From Eledone cirrhosa (Eukaryota): a stretch of 64,000 nucleotides of DNA. Position numbers and translations under genes: made by a program. The stretch is taken from the NCBI GenBank assembly GCA_964016885.1, contig OZ024740.1, forward strand, positions 137,144,001-137,208,000, given 5' to 3'. Each line of letters starts with the position of its first letter. The stretch's first letter is position 1. Shown here piece after piece: positions 1 through 13,008 of the stretch. The notes under the pieces are model-generated. The model made no database searches and was not told where the DNA came from. It saw only the letters and a program-made list of their open reading frames with translations.

Positions 1-660
1 ATCTCCAATTCTCTCTTTCTCTTCTCACTTTTCTCTCAATCTCCAATTCTCTCTTTCTCTTACCACTTTTCTCTCAATCTCCAATTCTCTCTTTCTCTTA
101 TCACTTTTCTCTCAATCTCCAACTCTCTCTTTCTCTTATCCCTTTTCTCTCAATCTCCAATTCTCTCTTTCTCTTCTCACTTTTCTCTCAATCTCCAATC
201 CTCTCTTTCTGTTCTCAGTTTTCCCCCAATCTCCAATTCTCTATTTCTCTTAGCACTTTTCTCTCAATCCCCCATTCTCTCTCTCTCTTATCACTTTTCT
301 CTCAATCTCCAATTCTCTCTTTCTCTTATCACTTTTCTCTCAAACTCCAATTCTCTCTTTCTCTCATCACATTTCTCTCAATCTCCAATTCTCTCTTTCT
401 CTTATCAGTTTTCTCTCAATCTGCAATTCTCTCTTTCTCTTATCACTTTTCTCTCAATCTCCAATTCTCTCTTTCTCTTCTCACTTTTCCCCTAATCTCC
501 AATTCTCTCTTTCTCTTATCACTTTTCTCTCAATCTCCAATTCTCTCTTTCTCTTATCACCTTTCTCTCAATCTCCAATTCTCTCTTTCTGTTATCACTT
601 TTCTCTGAATCTTCAATTCTCTCTTTCTCTTATCCATTTTCTCTCCATCTGCAATTCTCT

Positions 661-3600
661 CTTTTCCCCCAATCTCCAATTCTCTCTTTCTCTTCACACT
701 TTTCCCCCAATCTCCAATTCTCTCTTTCTCTTCACACTTTTCCCCCAATCTCCAATTCTCTCTTTCTCTTCTCACTTTTCTCTCAATTTCCAGTTCTCTC
801 TTTCTCTTATCACTTTTCTCTCAATCTCCAATCCTCTCTTTCTCTTATCACTTTTCTCTCAATCACTTTTCTCTCCATCTCCAATTCTCTCTTTCTCTTA
901 TCACTTTTCTCTCAATCTCCAATTCTCTCTTTCTCTTATCACTTTTCTCTCAATCTCCAATTCTCTCTTTCTCTTATCACTTTCCTCTCAATCTCCAATT
1001 CTCTCTTTCTCTTCTCACTTTTCCCCCAATCTCCAATTCTCTCTTTCTCTTATCACTTTTCTCTCAATCTCCAATTCTCTCTTTCTCTTATCACTTTTCT
1101 CTCAATCTCCAATTCTCTCTTTCTCTTATCACTTTTCTCTCAATCTCCAACTCTCTCTTTCTCTTATCCCTTTTCTCTCAATCTCCAATTATCTCTTTCT
1201 CTCATCACTTTTCTCTCAATCTCCAATTCTCTCTTTCCCTTCTCATTTTTCCCCCAATCTCCAATTCTCTTTTTCTCTTTACACTTTTCCCCAACCTCCA
1301 AGTCTCTCTTTCTCTTATCACTTTTCTCTCAATCTCCAATTCTCTCTTTCCCTTCTCACTTTTCTCTCAATCTCCAATTCTCTCTTTCTCTTCTCACTTT
1401 TCTCTCAATCTCCAATCCTCTCTTTCTGTTCTCAGTTTTCCCCAAATCTCCAATTCGCTCTTTCTCTTATCACTTTTCTCTCAATCTCCCATTCTCTCTC
1501 TCTCTTATCACTTTTCTCTCAATCTCCAATTCTCTCTTTCTCTTATCCATTTTCTCTCAATCTGCAATTCTCTCTTTCTCTTCACACTTTTCCCCCAATC
1601 TCCAATTCTCTCATTCTCTTCACACTTTTCCCCCAATCTCCAATTCTCTCTTTCTCTTATCACTTTTCTCTCAATCTCCAATTCACTCTTTCTCTTATCA
1701 CTTTTCTCTCAATCTCCAACTCTCTCTTTCTCTTATCCCTTTTCTCTCAATCTCCAATTCTCTCTTTCTCTTCTCACTTTTCTCTCAATCTCCAATCCTC
1801 TCTTTCTGTTCTCAGTTTTCCCCCAATCTCCAATTCTCTATTTCTCTTAGCACTTTTCTCTCAATCCCCCATTCTCTCTCTCCCTTATCACTTTTCTCTC
1901 AATCTCCAATTCTCTCTTTCTCTTATCACTTTTCTCTCAAACTCCAATTCTCTCTTTCTCTCATCACATTTCTCTCAATCTCCAATTCTCTCTTTCTCTT
2001 ATCAGTTTTCTCTCAATCTGCAATTCTCTCTTTCTCTTATCACTTTTCTCTCAATCTCCAATTCTCTCTTTCTCTTCTTACTTTTCCCCTAATCTCCAAT
2101 TCTCTCTTTCTCTCATCACTTTTCTCTCAATATCCAATTCTCTCTTTCTATTATCAGTTTTCTCTCAATCTCCAATTCTCTCTTTCTGTGATCACTTTTC
2201 TCTGAATCTCCAATTCTCTCTTTCTCTTATCCATTTTCTCTCAATCTGCAATTCTCTCTTTCTTTTCTCACTTTTCCCCCAATCTCCAATTCTCTCTTTC
2301 TCTTCACACTTTTCCCCCAATCTCCAATTCTCTCTTTCTCTTCACACTTTTCCCCCAATCTCCAATTCTCTCTTTCTCTTCTCACTTTTCTCTCAATTTC
2401 CAGTTCTCTCTTTCTCTTATCACTTTTCTCTCAATCTCCAATCCTCTCTTTCTCTTATCACTTTTCTCTCAATCACTTTTCTCTCCATCTCCAATTCTCT
2501 CTTTCTCTTATCACTTTTCTCTCAATCTCCAATTCTCTCTTTCTCTTATCACTTTTCTCTCAATCTCCAATTCTCTCTTTCTCTTATCACTTTCCTCTCA
2601 ATCTCCAATTCTCTCTTTCTCTTCTCACTTTTCCCCCAATCTCCAATTCTCTCTTTCTCTTATCACTTTTCTCTCAATCTCCAATTCTCTCTTTCTCTTA
2701 TCACTTTTCTCTCAATCTCCAATTCTCTCTTTCTCTTATCACTTTTCTCTCAATCTCCAACTCTCTCTTTCTCTTATCCCTTTTCTCTCAATCTCCAATT
2801 ATCTCTTTCTCTTATCACTTTTCTCTCAATCTCCAATTCTCTCTTTCCCTTCTCATTTTTCCCCCAATCTCCAATTCTCTTTTTCTCTTTACACTTTTCC
2901 CCAACCTCCAAGTCTCTCTTTCTCTTATCACTTTTCTCTCAATCTCCAATTCTCTCTTTCCCTTCTCACTTTTCTCTCAATCTCCAATTCTCTCTTTCTC
3001 TTCTCACTTTTCTCTCAATCTCCAATCCTCTCTTTCTGTTCTCAGTTTTCCCCAAATCTCCAATTCGCTCTTTCTCTTATCACTTTTCTCTCAATCTCCC
3101 ATTCTCTCTCTCTCTTATCACTTTTCTCTCAATCTCCAATTCTCTCTTTCTCTTATCCATTTTCTCTCAATCTGCAATTCTCTCTTTCTCTTCACACTTT
3201 TCCCCCAATCTCCAATTCTCTCATTCTCTTCACACTTTTCCCCCAATCTCCAATTCTCTCTTTCTCTTATCACTTTTCTCTCAATCTCCAATTCACTCTT
3301 TCTCTTATCACTTTTCTCTCAATCTCCAACTCTCTCTTTCTCTTATCCCTTTTCTCTCAATCTCCAATTCTCTCTTTCTCTTCTCACTTTTCTCTCAATC
3401 TCCAATCCTCTCTTTCTGTTCTCAGTTTTCCCCCAATCTCCAATTCTCTATTTCTCTTAGCACTTTTCTCTCAATCCCCCATTCTCTCTCTCCCTTATCA
3501 CTTTTCTCTCAATCTCCAATTCTCTCTTTCTCTTATCACTTTTCTCTCAAACTCCAATTCTCTCTTTCTCTCATCACATTTCTCTCAATCTCCAATTCTC

Positions 3601-4340
3601 TCTTTCTCTTATCAGTTTTCTCTCAATCTGCAATTCTCTCTTTCTCTTATCACTTTTCTCTCAATCTCCAATTCTCTCTTTCTCTTCTTACTTTTCCCCT
3701 AATCTCCAATTCTCTCTTTCTCTCATCACTTTTCTCTCAATATCCAATTCTCTCTTTCTATTATCAGTTTTCTCTCAATCTCCAATTCTCTCTTTCTGTG
3801 ATCACTTTTCTCTGAATCTCCAATTCTCTCTTTCTCTTATCCATTTTCTCTCAATCTGCAATTCTCTCTTTCTTTTCTCACTTTTCCCCCAATCTCCAAT
3901 TCTCTCTTTCTCTTCACACTTTTCCCCCAATCTCCAATTCTCTCTTTCTCTTCACACTTTTCCCCCAATCTCCAATTCTCTCTTTCTCTTCTCACTTTTC
4001 TCTCAATCTCCAGTTCTCTCTTTCTCTTATCACTTTTCTCTCAATCTCCAATCCTCTCTTTCTCTTATCACTTTTCTCTCAATCACTTTTCTCTCCATCT
4101 CCAATTCTCTCTTTCTCTTATCACTTTTCTCTCAATCTCCAATTCTCTCTTTCTCTTATCACTTTTCTCTCAATCTCCAATTCTCTCTTTCTCTTATCAC
4201 TTTCCTCTCAATCTCCAATTCTCTCTTTCTCTTCTCACTTTTCCCCCAATCTCCAATTCTCTCTTTCTCTTATCACTTTTCTCTCAATCTCCAATTCTCT
4301 CTTTCTCTTATCACTTTTCTCTCAATCTCCAATTCTCTCA
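661..4340 (+). repeat. Nested higher-order repeat, period 1610 bp (42 monomers + 15-bp partial - 1 bp), about 2.3 copies
   Basis: CCAACCTCCAAG at 1291 and 2901. CTTTTCCCCC register at 661/2271/3881. TTTCCTCTCA at 981/2591/4201. Confidence 0.9.
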
Positions 4341-6957
4341 TTCTCTTATCACTTTTCTCTCAATCTCCAACTCTCTCGTTCTCTTATCACTTTTCTCTCA
4401 ATCTCCAATTCTCTCTTTCTCTTATCACTTTTCTCTCAATCTCCAATCCTCTCTTTTTCTAATCACTTTTCTCTCAATCACTTTTCTCTCCATCTCCAAT
4501 TCTCTCTTTCTCTTATCACTTTTCTCTCAATCTCCAATTCTCTCTTTCTCTTATCACTTTTCTCTCCATCTCCAATTCTCTCTTTCTCTTATCACTTTCC
4601 TCTCAATCTCCAATTCTCTCTTTCTCTTCTCACTTTTCCCCCAATCTCCAATTCTCTCTTTCTCTTATCACTTTTCTCTCAATCTCCAATTCTCTCTTTC
4701 TCTTATCACTTTTCTCTCAATCTCTAATTCTCTCTTTCTCTTATCACTTTTCTCTCAATCTCCAATTCTCTCTTTCTCTTATTACTTTTCTCTCAATCTC
4801 CAATTCTCTCTTTCTCTTCTCACTTTTCCCCTAATCTCCAATTCTCTCTTTCTCTTATCACTTTTCTCTCAATCTCCAATTCTCTCTTTCTCTCATCACT
4901 TTTCTCTCAATCTCCAATTCTCTCTTTCTCATATCACTTTTCTCTCAATCTCCAATTCTCTCTTTCTCTTATCCATTTTCTCTCAATCTGCAATTCTCTT
5001 TTTCTTTTCTCACTTTTCCCCCAATCTCCAATTCTCTCTTTCTCTTCACACTTTCCCCCAATCTCCAATTCTCTCTTTCTCTTATCACTTTTCTCTCAAT
5101 CTCCAATTTTCTCTTTCTCTTATCACTTTTCTCTCAATCTCCAATCTCTCTTTCTCATATCACTTTTCTCTCAAACTCCAATTCTCTCTTTCTCTCATCA
5201 CTTTTCTCTCAATCTCCAATTCTCTCTTTCTCTTATCCCTTTTCTCTCAATCTCCAATTCTCTCTTTCTCTTCTCACTTTTCTCTCAATCTCCAATTCTC
5301 TCTATCTGTTCTCAGTTTTCCCCCAATCTCCAATTCTCTATTTCTCTTAGCACTTTTCTTTCAATCCCCCATTCTCTCTCTCTCTTATCACTTTTCTCTC
5401 AATCTCCAATTCTCTCTTTCTCTTATCACTTTTCTCTCAATCTCCAATTTTCTCTTTCTCTTAGCACTTTTCTTTCAATCCCCCATTCTCTCTCTCTCTA
5501 ATCACTTTTCTCTCAATCTCCAATTCTCTCTTTCTCTTATCACTTTTCTCTCAATCTCCAATTCTCTCTTTCTCTTATCACTTTTCTCTCAATCACCAAT
5601 TCTCTCTTTCTCTTATCACTTTTCTCCCAATCTCCAATTCTCTCTTTCTCTTATCACTTTTCTCTCAATCTCCAATTCTCTCTTTCTCTTATCACTTGTC
5701 CCCCAATCTACAATTCTCTCTTTCTCTTATCACTTTTCTCTCAATCTCCAATTCTCTCTTTCTCTTATCACTTTTCTCTCAATCTCCAATTCTCTCTTTC
5801 TCTTATCACTTTTCTCTCAATCTCCAATTCTCTCTTTCTCTTATCACTTTTCTCTCAATCTCTAATTCTCTCTTTCTCTTATCACTTTTCTCTCAATCTC
5901 CAATTCTCTCTTTCTCTTATCACTTTTCTCTCAATCTGCAATTCTCTCTTTATCTTATCACTTTTCTCTCAATCTCCAATTCTCTCTTTCTCTTCTCACT
6001 TTTCCCCTAATCTCCAATTCTCTCTTTCTCTTATCACTTTTCCCATAATCTCCAATTCTCTCTTTCTCTTATCACTTTTCTCTCAATCTCCAATTCTCTC
6101 TTTCTCTTATCACTTTTCTGCCAATCTCCAATTCTCTCTTTCTCTTATCACTTTTCTCTCAATCTCCAAATCTTTCTTTCTCTTATCACTTTTCTCTCAA
6201 TCTCCAATTCTCTCTTTCTCTTATCACTGTTCTCTCAATCTCTAATTCTCTCTTTCTCTTATCACTTTTCTCTTAATCTCCAATTCTCTCTTTCTCTTAC
6301 CACTTTTCTCTCAATCAACAATTCTCTCTTTCTCTTATCACTTTTCCCCCAATCTCCAATTCTCTCTTTCTCTTATCACTTTTCTCTAAATCTCCAATTC
6401 TCTCTTTCTCTTCTCACTTTTCCCCTAATCTCCAATTCTCTCTTTCTCTTATCACTTTTCTCTCAATCTCCAATTCTCTCTTTCTCTTATCACTTATCTC
6501 TCAATTTCCAATTCTCTCTTTCTCTTATCCATTTTCTCTCAATCTGCAATTCTCTCTTTCTTTTCTCACTTTTCCCCCAATCTCCAATTCTCTCTTTCTC
6601 TTCTCACTTTTCTCTCAAACTCCAATTCTCTCTTCTCTTATCACTTTTCTTTCAATCACCAATTCTCTCTTTCTCTTATCACTTTTCTCTCAATCTCCAA
6701 TTCTCTCTTTCTCTCATCACTTTTATCTCAATCTCCAATTCTCTCTTTCTCTTATCACTTTTCTCTCAATCTCCAACTCTCTCTTTCTCTTATCCCTTTT
6801 CTCTCAATCTCCAATTCTCTCTTTCTTTTCCCACTTTTCTCTCAATCTCCAATCCTCTCTTTCTGTTCTCAGTTTTCCCCCAATCTCCAATTCTCTATTT
6901 CTCTTAGCACTTTTCTCTCAATCCTCCATTCTCTCTCTCTCTTATCACTTTTCTCTC

Positions 6958-7389
6958 AATCTCCAATTCTCTCTTTCTCTTATCACTTTTCTCTCAATCT
7001 CCAATTCTCTCTTTCTCTTATCAGTTTTCTCTCAATCTGCAATTCTCTCTTTCTCTTATCACTTTTCTCTCAATCTCCAATTCTCTCTTTCTCTTCTCAC
7101 TGTTCCCCTAATCTCCAATTCTCTCTTTCTCTTATCACTTTTCTCTAAATCTCCAATTCTCTCTTTCTCTTATCACTTTTCTCTCAATCTCCAATTCTCT
7201 CTTTCTCTTATCAGTTTTCTCTCAATCTGCAATTCTCTCTTTCTCTTATCACTTTTCTCTCAATCTCCAATTCTCTCTTTCTCTTCTCACTTTTCCCCTA
7301 ATCTCCAATTCTCTCTTTCTCTTATCACTTTTCTCTAAATCTCCAATTCTCTCTTTCTCTTATCACTTTTCTCTCAATCTCCAATTCTC
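6958..7389 (+). repeat. 190-bp (5-monomer) local tandem duplication
   Basis: The block TCAGTTTT..CTGCAA..CCCCTAA..CTAAAT starts at 7021 and again at 7211. The homologous site of the next 8668 copy (~15689-15860) has only one copy. Confidence 0.8.
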
Positions 7390-9328
7390 CCTTTCTCTTA
7401 TCACTTTTCTCTCAATCTGCAATTCTCTCTTTCCCTTCTCACTTTTCTCTCAATCTCCAATTCTCTCTTTCTTTTCTCACTTTTCTCTCAATCTCCAATT
7501 CTCTCTTTCTGTTCTCAGTTTTCCCCAAATCTCCAATTCTCTCTTTCTCTTATCACTTTTCTCTCAATCTCCCATTCTCTCTCTCTCTTATCACTTTTCT
7601 CTCAATCTCCAATTCTCTCTTTCTCTTATCCATTTTCTCTCAATCTGCAATTCTCTCTTTCTTTTCTCACTTTTCCCCCAATCTCCAATTCTCTCTTTCT
7701 CTTCACACTTTTCCCCCAATCTCCAATTCTCCCATTCTCTTCTCACTTTTCTCTCAATCTCCAATCCTCTCTTTCTGTTCTCAGTTTTCCCCCAATCTCC
7801 AATTCTCTATTTCTCTTAGCACTTTTCTCTCAATCCCCCATTCTCTCCCTCTCTTATCACTTTTCTCTCAATCTCCAATTCTCTCTTTCTCTTATCACTT
7901 TTCTCTCAATCTCCAATTCTCTCTTTCTCTTATCACTTTTCTCTCAATCTCCAATTCTCTCTTTCACTTATCAGTTTTCTCTCAATCTGCAATTCTCTCT
8001 TTCTCTTATCACTTTTCTCTCAATCTCCAATTCTCTCTTTCTCTTCTCACTTTTCCCCTAATCTCCAATTCTCTCTTTCTCTTATCACTTTTCTCTCAAT
8101 CTCCAATTCTCTCTTTCTCTTATCACTTTTCTCTCAATCTCCAATTCTCTCTTTCTCTTATCCATTTTCTCTCAATCTGCAATTCTCTCTTTCTTTTCTC
8201 ACTTTTCCCCCAATCTCCAATTCTTTCTTTCTCTTCACACTTTTCCCCCAATCTCCAATTCTCTCTTTCTCTTCTCACTATTCTCTCAATCTCCAATCCT
8301 CTCTTTCTGTTCTCAGTTTTCCTCCAATCTCCAATTCTCTATTTCTCTTAGCACTTTTCTCTCAATCCCCCATTCTCTCTCTCTCTTATCACTTTTCTCT
8401 CAATCCCCCATTCTCTCTCTCTCTTATCACTTTTCTCTCAATCTCCAATTCTCTCTTTCTCTTATCACTTTTCTCTCAATCTCCAATTCTCTCTTTCTCT
8501 TATCACTTTTCTCTTAATCTCCAATTCTCTCTTTCTCTTATCCATTTTCTCTCAATCTGCAATTCTCTCTTTCTTTTCTCACTTTTACCCCAATCTCCAA
8601 TTCTCTCTTTCTCTTCACACTTTTCCCCCAATCTCCAATTCTCTCTTTCTCTTCACACTTTTCCCCCAATCTCCAATTCTCTCTTTCTCTTCTCACTTTT
8701 CTCTCAATCTCCAATTCTCTCTTTCTCTTACCACTTTTCTCTCAATCTCCAATTCTCTCTTTCTCTTATCACTTTTCTCTCAATCTCCAACTCTCTCTTT
8801 CTCTTATCCCTTTTCTCTCAATCTCCAATTCTCTCTTTCTCTTCTCACTTTTCTCTCAATCTCCAATCCTCTCTTTCTGTTCTCAGTTTTCCCCCAATCT
8901 CCAATTCTCTATTTCTCTTAGCACTTTTCTCTCAATCCCCCATTCTCTCTCTCTCTTATCACTTTTCTCTCAATCTCCAATTCTCTCTTTCTCTTATCAC
9001 TTTTCTCTCAAACTCCAATTCTCTCTTTCTCTCATCACATTTCTCTCAATCTCCAATTCTCTCTTTCTCTTATCAGTTTTCTCTCAATCTGCAATTCTCT
9101 CTTTCTCTTATCACTTTTCTCTCAATCTCCAATTCTCTCTTTCTCTTCTCACTTTTCCCCTAATCTCCAATTCTCTCTTTCTCTTATCACTTTTCTCTCA
9201 ATCTCCAATTCTCTCTTTCTCTTATCACCTTTCTCTCAATCTCCAATTCTCTCTTTCTGTTATCACTTTTCTCTGAATCTCCAATTCTCTCTTTCTCTTA
9301 TCCATTTTCTCTCCATCTGCAATTCTCT

Positions 9329-12300
9329 CTTTTCCCCCAATCTCCAATTCTCTCTTTCTCTTCACACTTTTCCCCCAATCTCCAATTCTCTCTTTCTCTT
9401 CACACTTTTCCCCCAATCTCCAATTCTCTCTTTCTCTTCTCACTTTTCTCTCAATTTCCAGTTCTCTCTTTCTCTTATCACTTTTCTCTCAATCTCCAAT
9501 CCTCTCTTTCTCTTATCACTTTTCTCTCAATCACTTTTCTCTCCATCTCCAATTCTCTCTTTCTCTTATCACTTTTCTCTCAATCTCCAATTCTCTCTTT
9601 CTCTTATCACTTTTCTCTCAATCTCCAATTCTCTCTTTCTCTTATCACTTTCCTCTCAATCTCCAATTCTCTCTTTCTCTTCTCACTTTTCCCCCAATCT
9701 CCAATTCTCTCTTTCTCTTATCACTTTTCTCTCAATCTCCAATTCTCTCTTTCTCTTATCACTTTTCTCTCAATCTCCAATTCTCTCTTTCTCTTATCAC
9801 TTTTCTCTCAATCTCCAACTCTCTCTTTCTCTTATCCCTTTTCTCTCAATCTCCAATTATCTCTTTCTCTTATCACTTTTCTCTCAATCTCCAATTCTCT
9901 CTTTCCCTTCTCATTTTTCCCCCAATCTCCAATTCTCTTTTTCTCTTTACACTTTTCCCCAACCTCCAAGTCTCTCTTTCTCTTATCACTTTTCTCTCAA
10001 TCTCCAATTCTCTCTTTCCCTTCTCACTTTTCTCTCAATCTCCAATTCTCTCTTTCTCTTCTCACTTTTCTCTCAATCTCCAATCCTCTCTTTCTGTTCT
10101 CAGTTTTCCCCAAATCTCCAATTCGCTCTTTCTCTTATCACTTTTCTCTCAATCTCCCATTCTCTCTCTCTCTTATCACTTTTCTCTCAATCTCCAATTC
10201 TCTCTTTCTCTTATCCATTTTCTCTCAATCTGCAATTCTCTCTTTCTCTTCACACTTTTCCCCCAATCTCCAATTCTCTCATTCTCTTCACACTTTTCCC
10301 CCAATCTCCAATTCTCTCTTTCTCTTATCACTTTTCTCTCAATCTCCAATTCACTCTTTCTCTTATCACTTTTCTCTCAATCTCCAACTCTCTCTTTCTC
10401 TTATCCCTTTTCTCTCAATCTCCAATTCTCTCTTTCTCTTCTCACTTTTCTCTCAATCTCCAATCCTCTCTTTCTGTTCTCAGTTTTCCCCCAATCTCCA
10501 ATTCTCTATTTCTCTTAGCACTTTTCTCTCAATCCCCCATTCTCTCTCTCCCTTATCACTTTTCTCTCAATCTCCAATTCTCTCTTTCTCTTATCACTTT
10601 TCTCTCAAACTCCAATTCTCTCTTTCTCTCATCACATTTCTCTCAATCTCCAATTCTCTCTTTCTCTTATCAGTTTTCTCTCAATCTGCAATTCTCTCTT
10701 TCTCTTATCACTTTTCTCTCAATCTCCAATTCTCTCTTTCTCTTCTTACTTTTCCCCTAATCTCCAATTCTCTCTTTCTCTCATCACTTTTCTCTCAATA
10801 TCCAATTCTCTCTTTCTATTATCAGTTTTCTCTCAATCTCCAATTCTCTCTTTCTGTGATCACTTTTCTCTGAATCTCCAATTCTCTCTTTCTCTTATCC
10901 ATTTTCTCTCAATCTGCAATTCTCTCTTTCTTTTCTCACTTTTCCCCCAATCTCCAATTCTCTCTTTCTCTTCACACTTTTCCCCCAATCTCCAATTCTC
11001 TCTTTCTCTTCACACTTTTCCCCCAATCTCCAATTCTCTCTTTCTCTTCTCACTTTTCTCTCAATTTCCAGTTCTCTCTTTCTCTTATCACTTTTCTCTC
11101 AATCTCCAATCCTCTCTTTCTCTTATCACTTTTCTCTCAATCACTTTTCTCTCCATCTCCAATTCTCTCTTTCTCTTATCACTTTTCTCTCAATCTCCAA
11201 TTCTCTCTTTCTCTTATCACTTTTCTCTCAATCTCCAATTCTCTCTTTCTCTTATCACTTTCCTCTCAATCTCCAATTCTCTCTTTCTCTTCTCACTTTT
11301 CCCCCAATCTCCAATTCTCTCTTTCTCTTATCACTTTTCTCTCAATCTCCAATTCTCTCTTTCTCTTATCACTTTTCTCTCAATCTCCAATTCTCTCTTT
11401 CTCTTATCACTTTTCTCTCAATCTCCAACTCTCTCTTTCTCTTATCCCTTTTCTCTCAATCTCCAATTATCTCTTTCTCTTATCACTTTTCTCTCAATCT
11501 CCAATTCTCTCTTTCCCTTCTCATTTTTCCCCCAATCTCCAATTCTCTTTTTCTCTTTACACTTTTCCCCAACCTCCAAGTCTCTCTTTCTCTTATCACT
11601 TTTCTCTCAATCTCCAATTCTCTCTTTCCCTTCTCACTTTTCTCTCAATCTCCAATTCTCTCTTTCTCTTCTCACTTTTCTCTCAATCTCCAATCCTCTC
11701 TTTCTGTTCTCAGTTTTCCCCAAATCTCCAATTCGCTCTTTCTCTTATCACTTTTCTCTCAATCTCCCATTCTCTCTCTCTCTTATCACTTTTCTCTCAA
11801 TCTCCAATTCTCTCTTTCTCTTATCCATTTTCTCTCAATCTGCAATTCTCTCTTTCTCTTCACACTTTTCCCCCAATCTCCAATTCTCTCATTCTCTTCA
11901 CACTTTTCCCCCAATCTCCAATTCTCTCTTTCTCTTATCACTTTTCTCTCAATCTCCAATTCACTCTTTCTCTTATCACTTTTCTCTCAATCTCCAACTC
12001 TCTCTTTCTCTTATCCCTTTTCTCTCAATCTCCAATTCTCTCTTTCTCTTCTCACTTTTCTCTCAATCTCCAATCCTCTCTTTCTGTTCTCAGTTTTCCC
12101 CCAATCTCCAATTCTCTATTTCTCTTAGCACTTTTCTCTCAATCCCCCATTCTCTCTCTCCCTTATCACTTTTCTCTCAATCTCCAATTCTCTCTTTCTC
12201 TTATCACTTTTCTCTCAAACTCCAATTCTCTCTTTCTCTCATCACATTTCTCTCAATCTCCAATTCTCTCTTTCTCTTATCAGTTTTCTCTCAATCTGCA

Positions 12301-13008
12301 ATTCTCTCTTTCTCTTATCACTTTTCTCTCAATCTCCAATTCTCTCTTTCTCTTCTTACTTTTCCCCTAATCTCCAATTCTCTCTTTCTCTCATCACTTT
12401 TCTCTCAATATCCAATTCTCTCTTTCTATTATCAGTTTTCTCTCAATCTCCAATTCTCTCTTTCTGTGATCACTTTTCTCTGAATCTCCAATTCTCTCTT
12501 TCTCTTATCCATTTTCTCTCAATCTGCAATTCTCTCTTTCTTTTCTCACTTTTCCCCCAATCTCCAATTCTCTCTTTCTCTTCACACTTTTCCCCCAATC
12601 TCCAATTCTCTCTTTCTCTTCACACTTTTCCCCCAATCTCCAATTCTCTCTTTCTCTTCTCACTTTTCTCTCAATCTCCAGTTCTCTCTTTCTCTTATCA
12701 CTTTTCTCTCAATCTCCAATCCTCTCTTTCTCTTATCACTTTTCTCTCAATCACTTTTCTCTCCATCTCCAATTCTCTCTTTCTCTTATCACTTTTCTCT
12801 CAATCTCCAATTCTCTCTTTCTCTTATCACTTTTCTCTCAATCTCCAATTCTCTCTTTCTCTTATCACTTTCCTCTCAATCTCCAATTCTCTCTTTCTCT
12901 TCTCACTTTTCCCCCAATCTCCAATTCTCTCTTTCTCTTATCACTTTTCTCTCAATCTCCAATTCTCTCTTTCTCTTATCACTTTTCTCTCAATCTCCAA
13001 TTCTCTCA
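9329..13008 (+). repeat. Second occurrence of the 1610-bp higher-order repeat, inside 8668-bp copy 2
   Basis: CCAACCTCCAAG at 9959 and 11569 (offset 1610), with the same marker order as 661-4340. Confidence 0.9.

Noticed and set aside
489-496. CCCTAA (TTAGGG) telomeric hexamer in the CCCCTAA variant monomer
   Set aside because: It always occurs as a single isolated hexamer, one substitution from the common CCCCCAA variant, and never in tandem.
661-750. G-quadruplex or i-motif from consecutive CCCCC variant monomers
   Set aside because: The tracts are separated by about 33-nt loops and usually occur only 2-4 in a row, which is a poor fit to stable intramolecular structures.
557-775. Minus-strand R/E/K-rich ORFs (also 9225, 42818, 44937, 51777, 53934, 56053)
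   Set aside because: They are short gaps where variant monomers lose the consensus TGA/TAA stops. They recur only because of the higher-order duplications.
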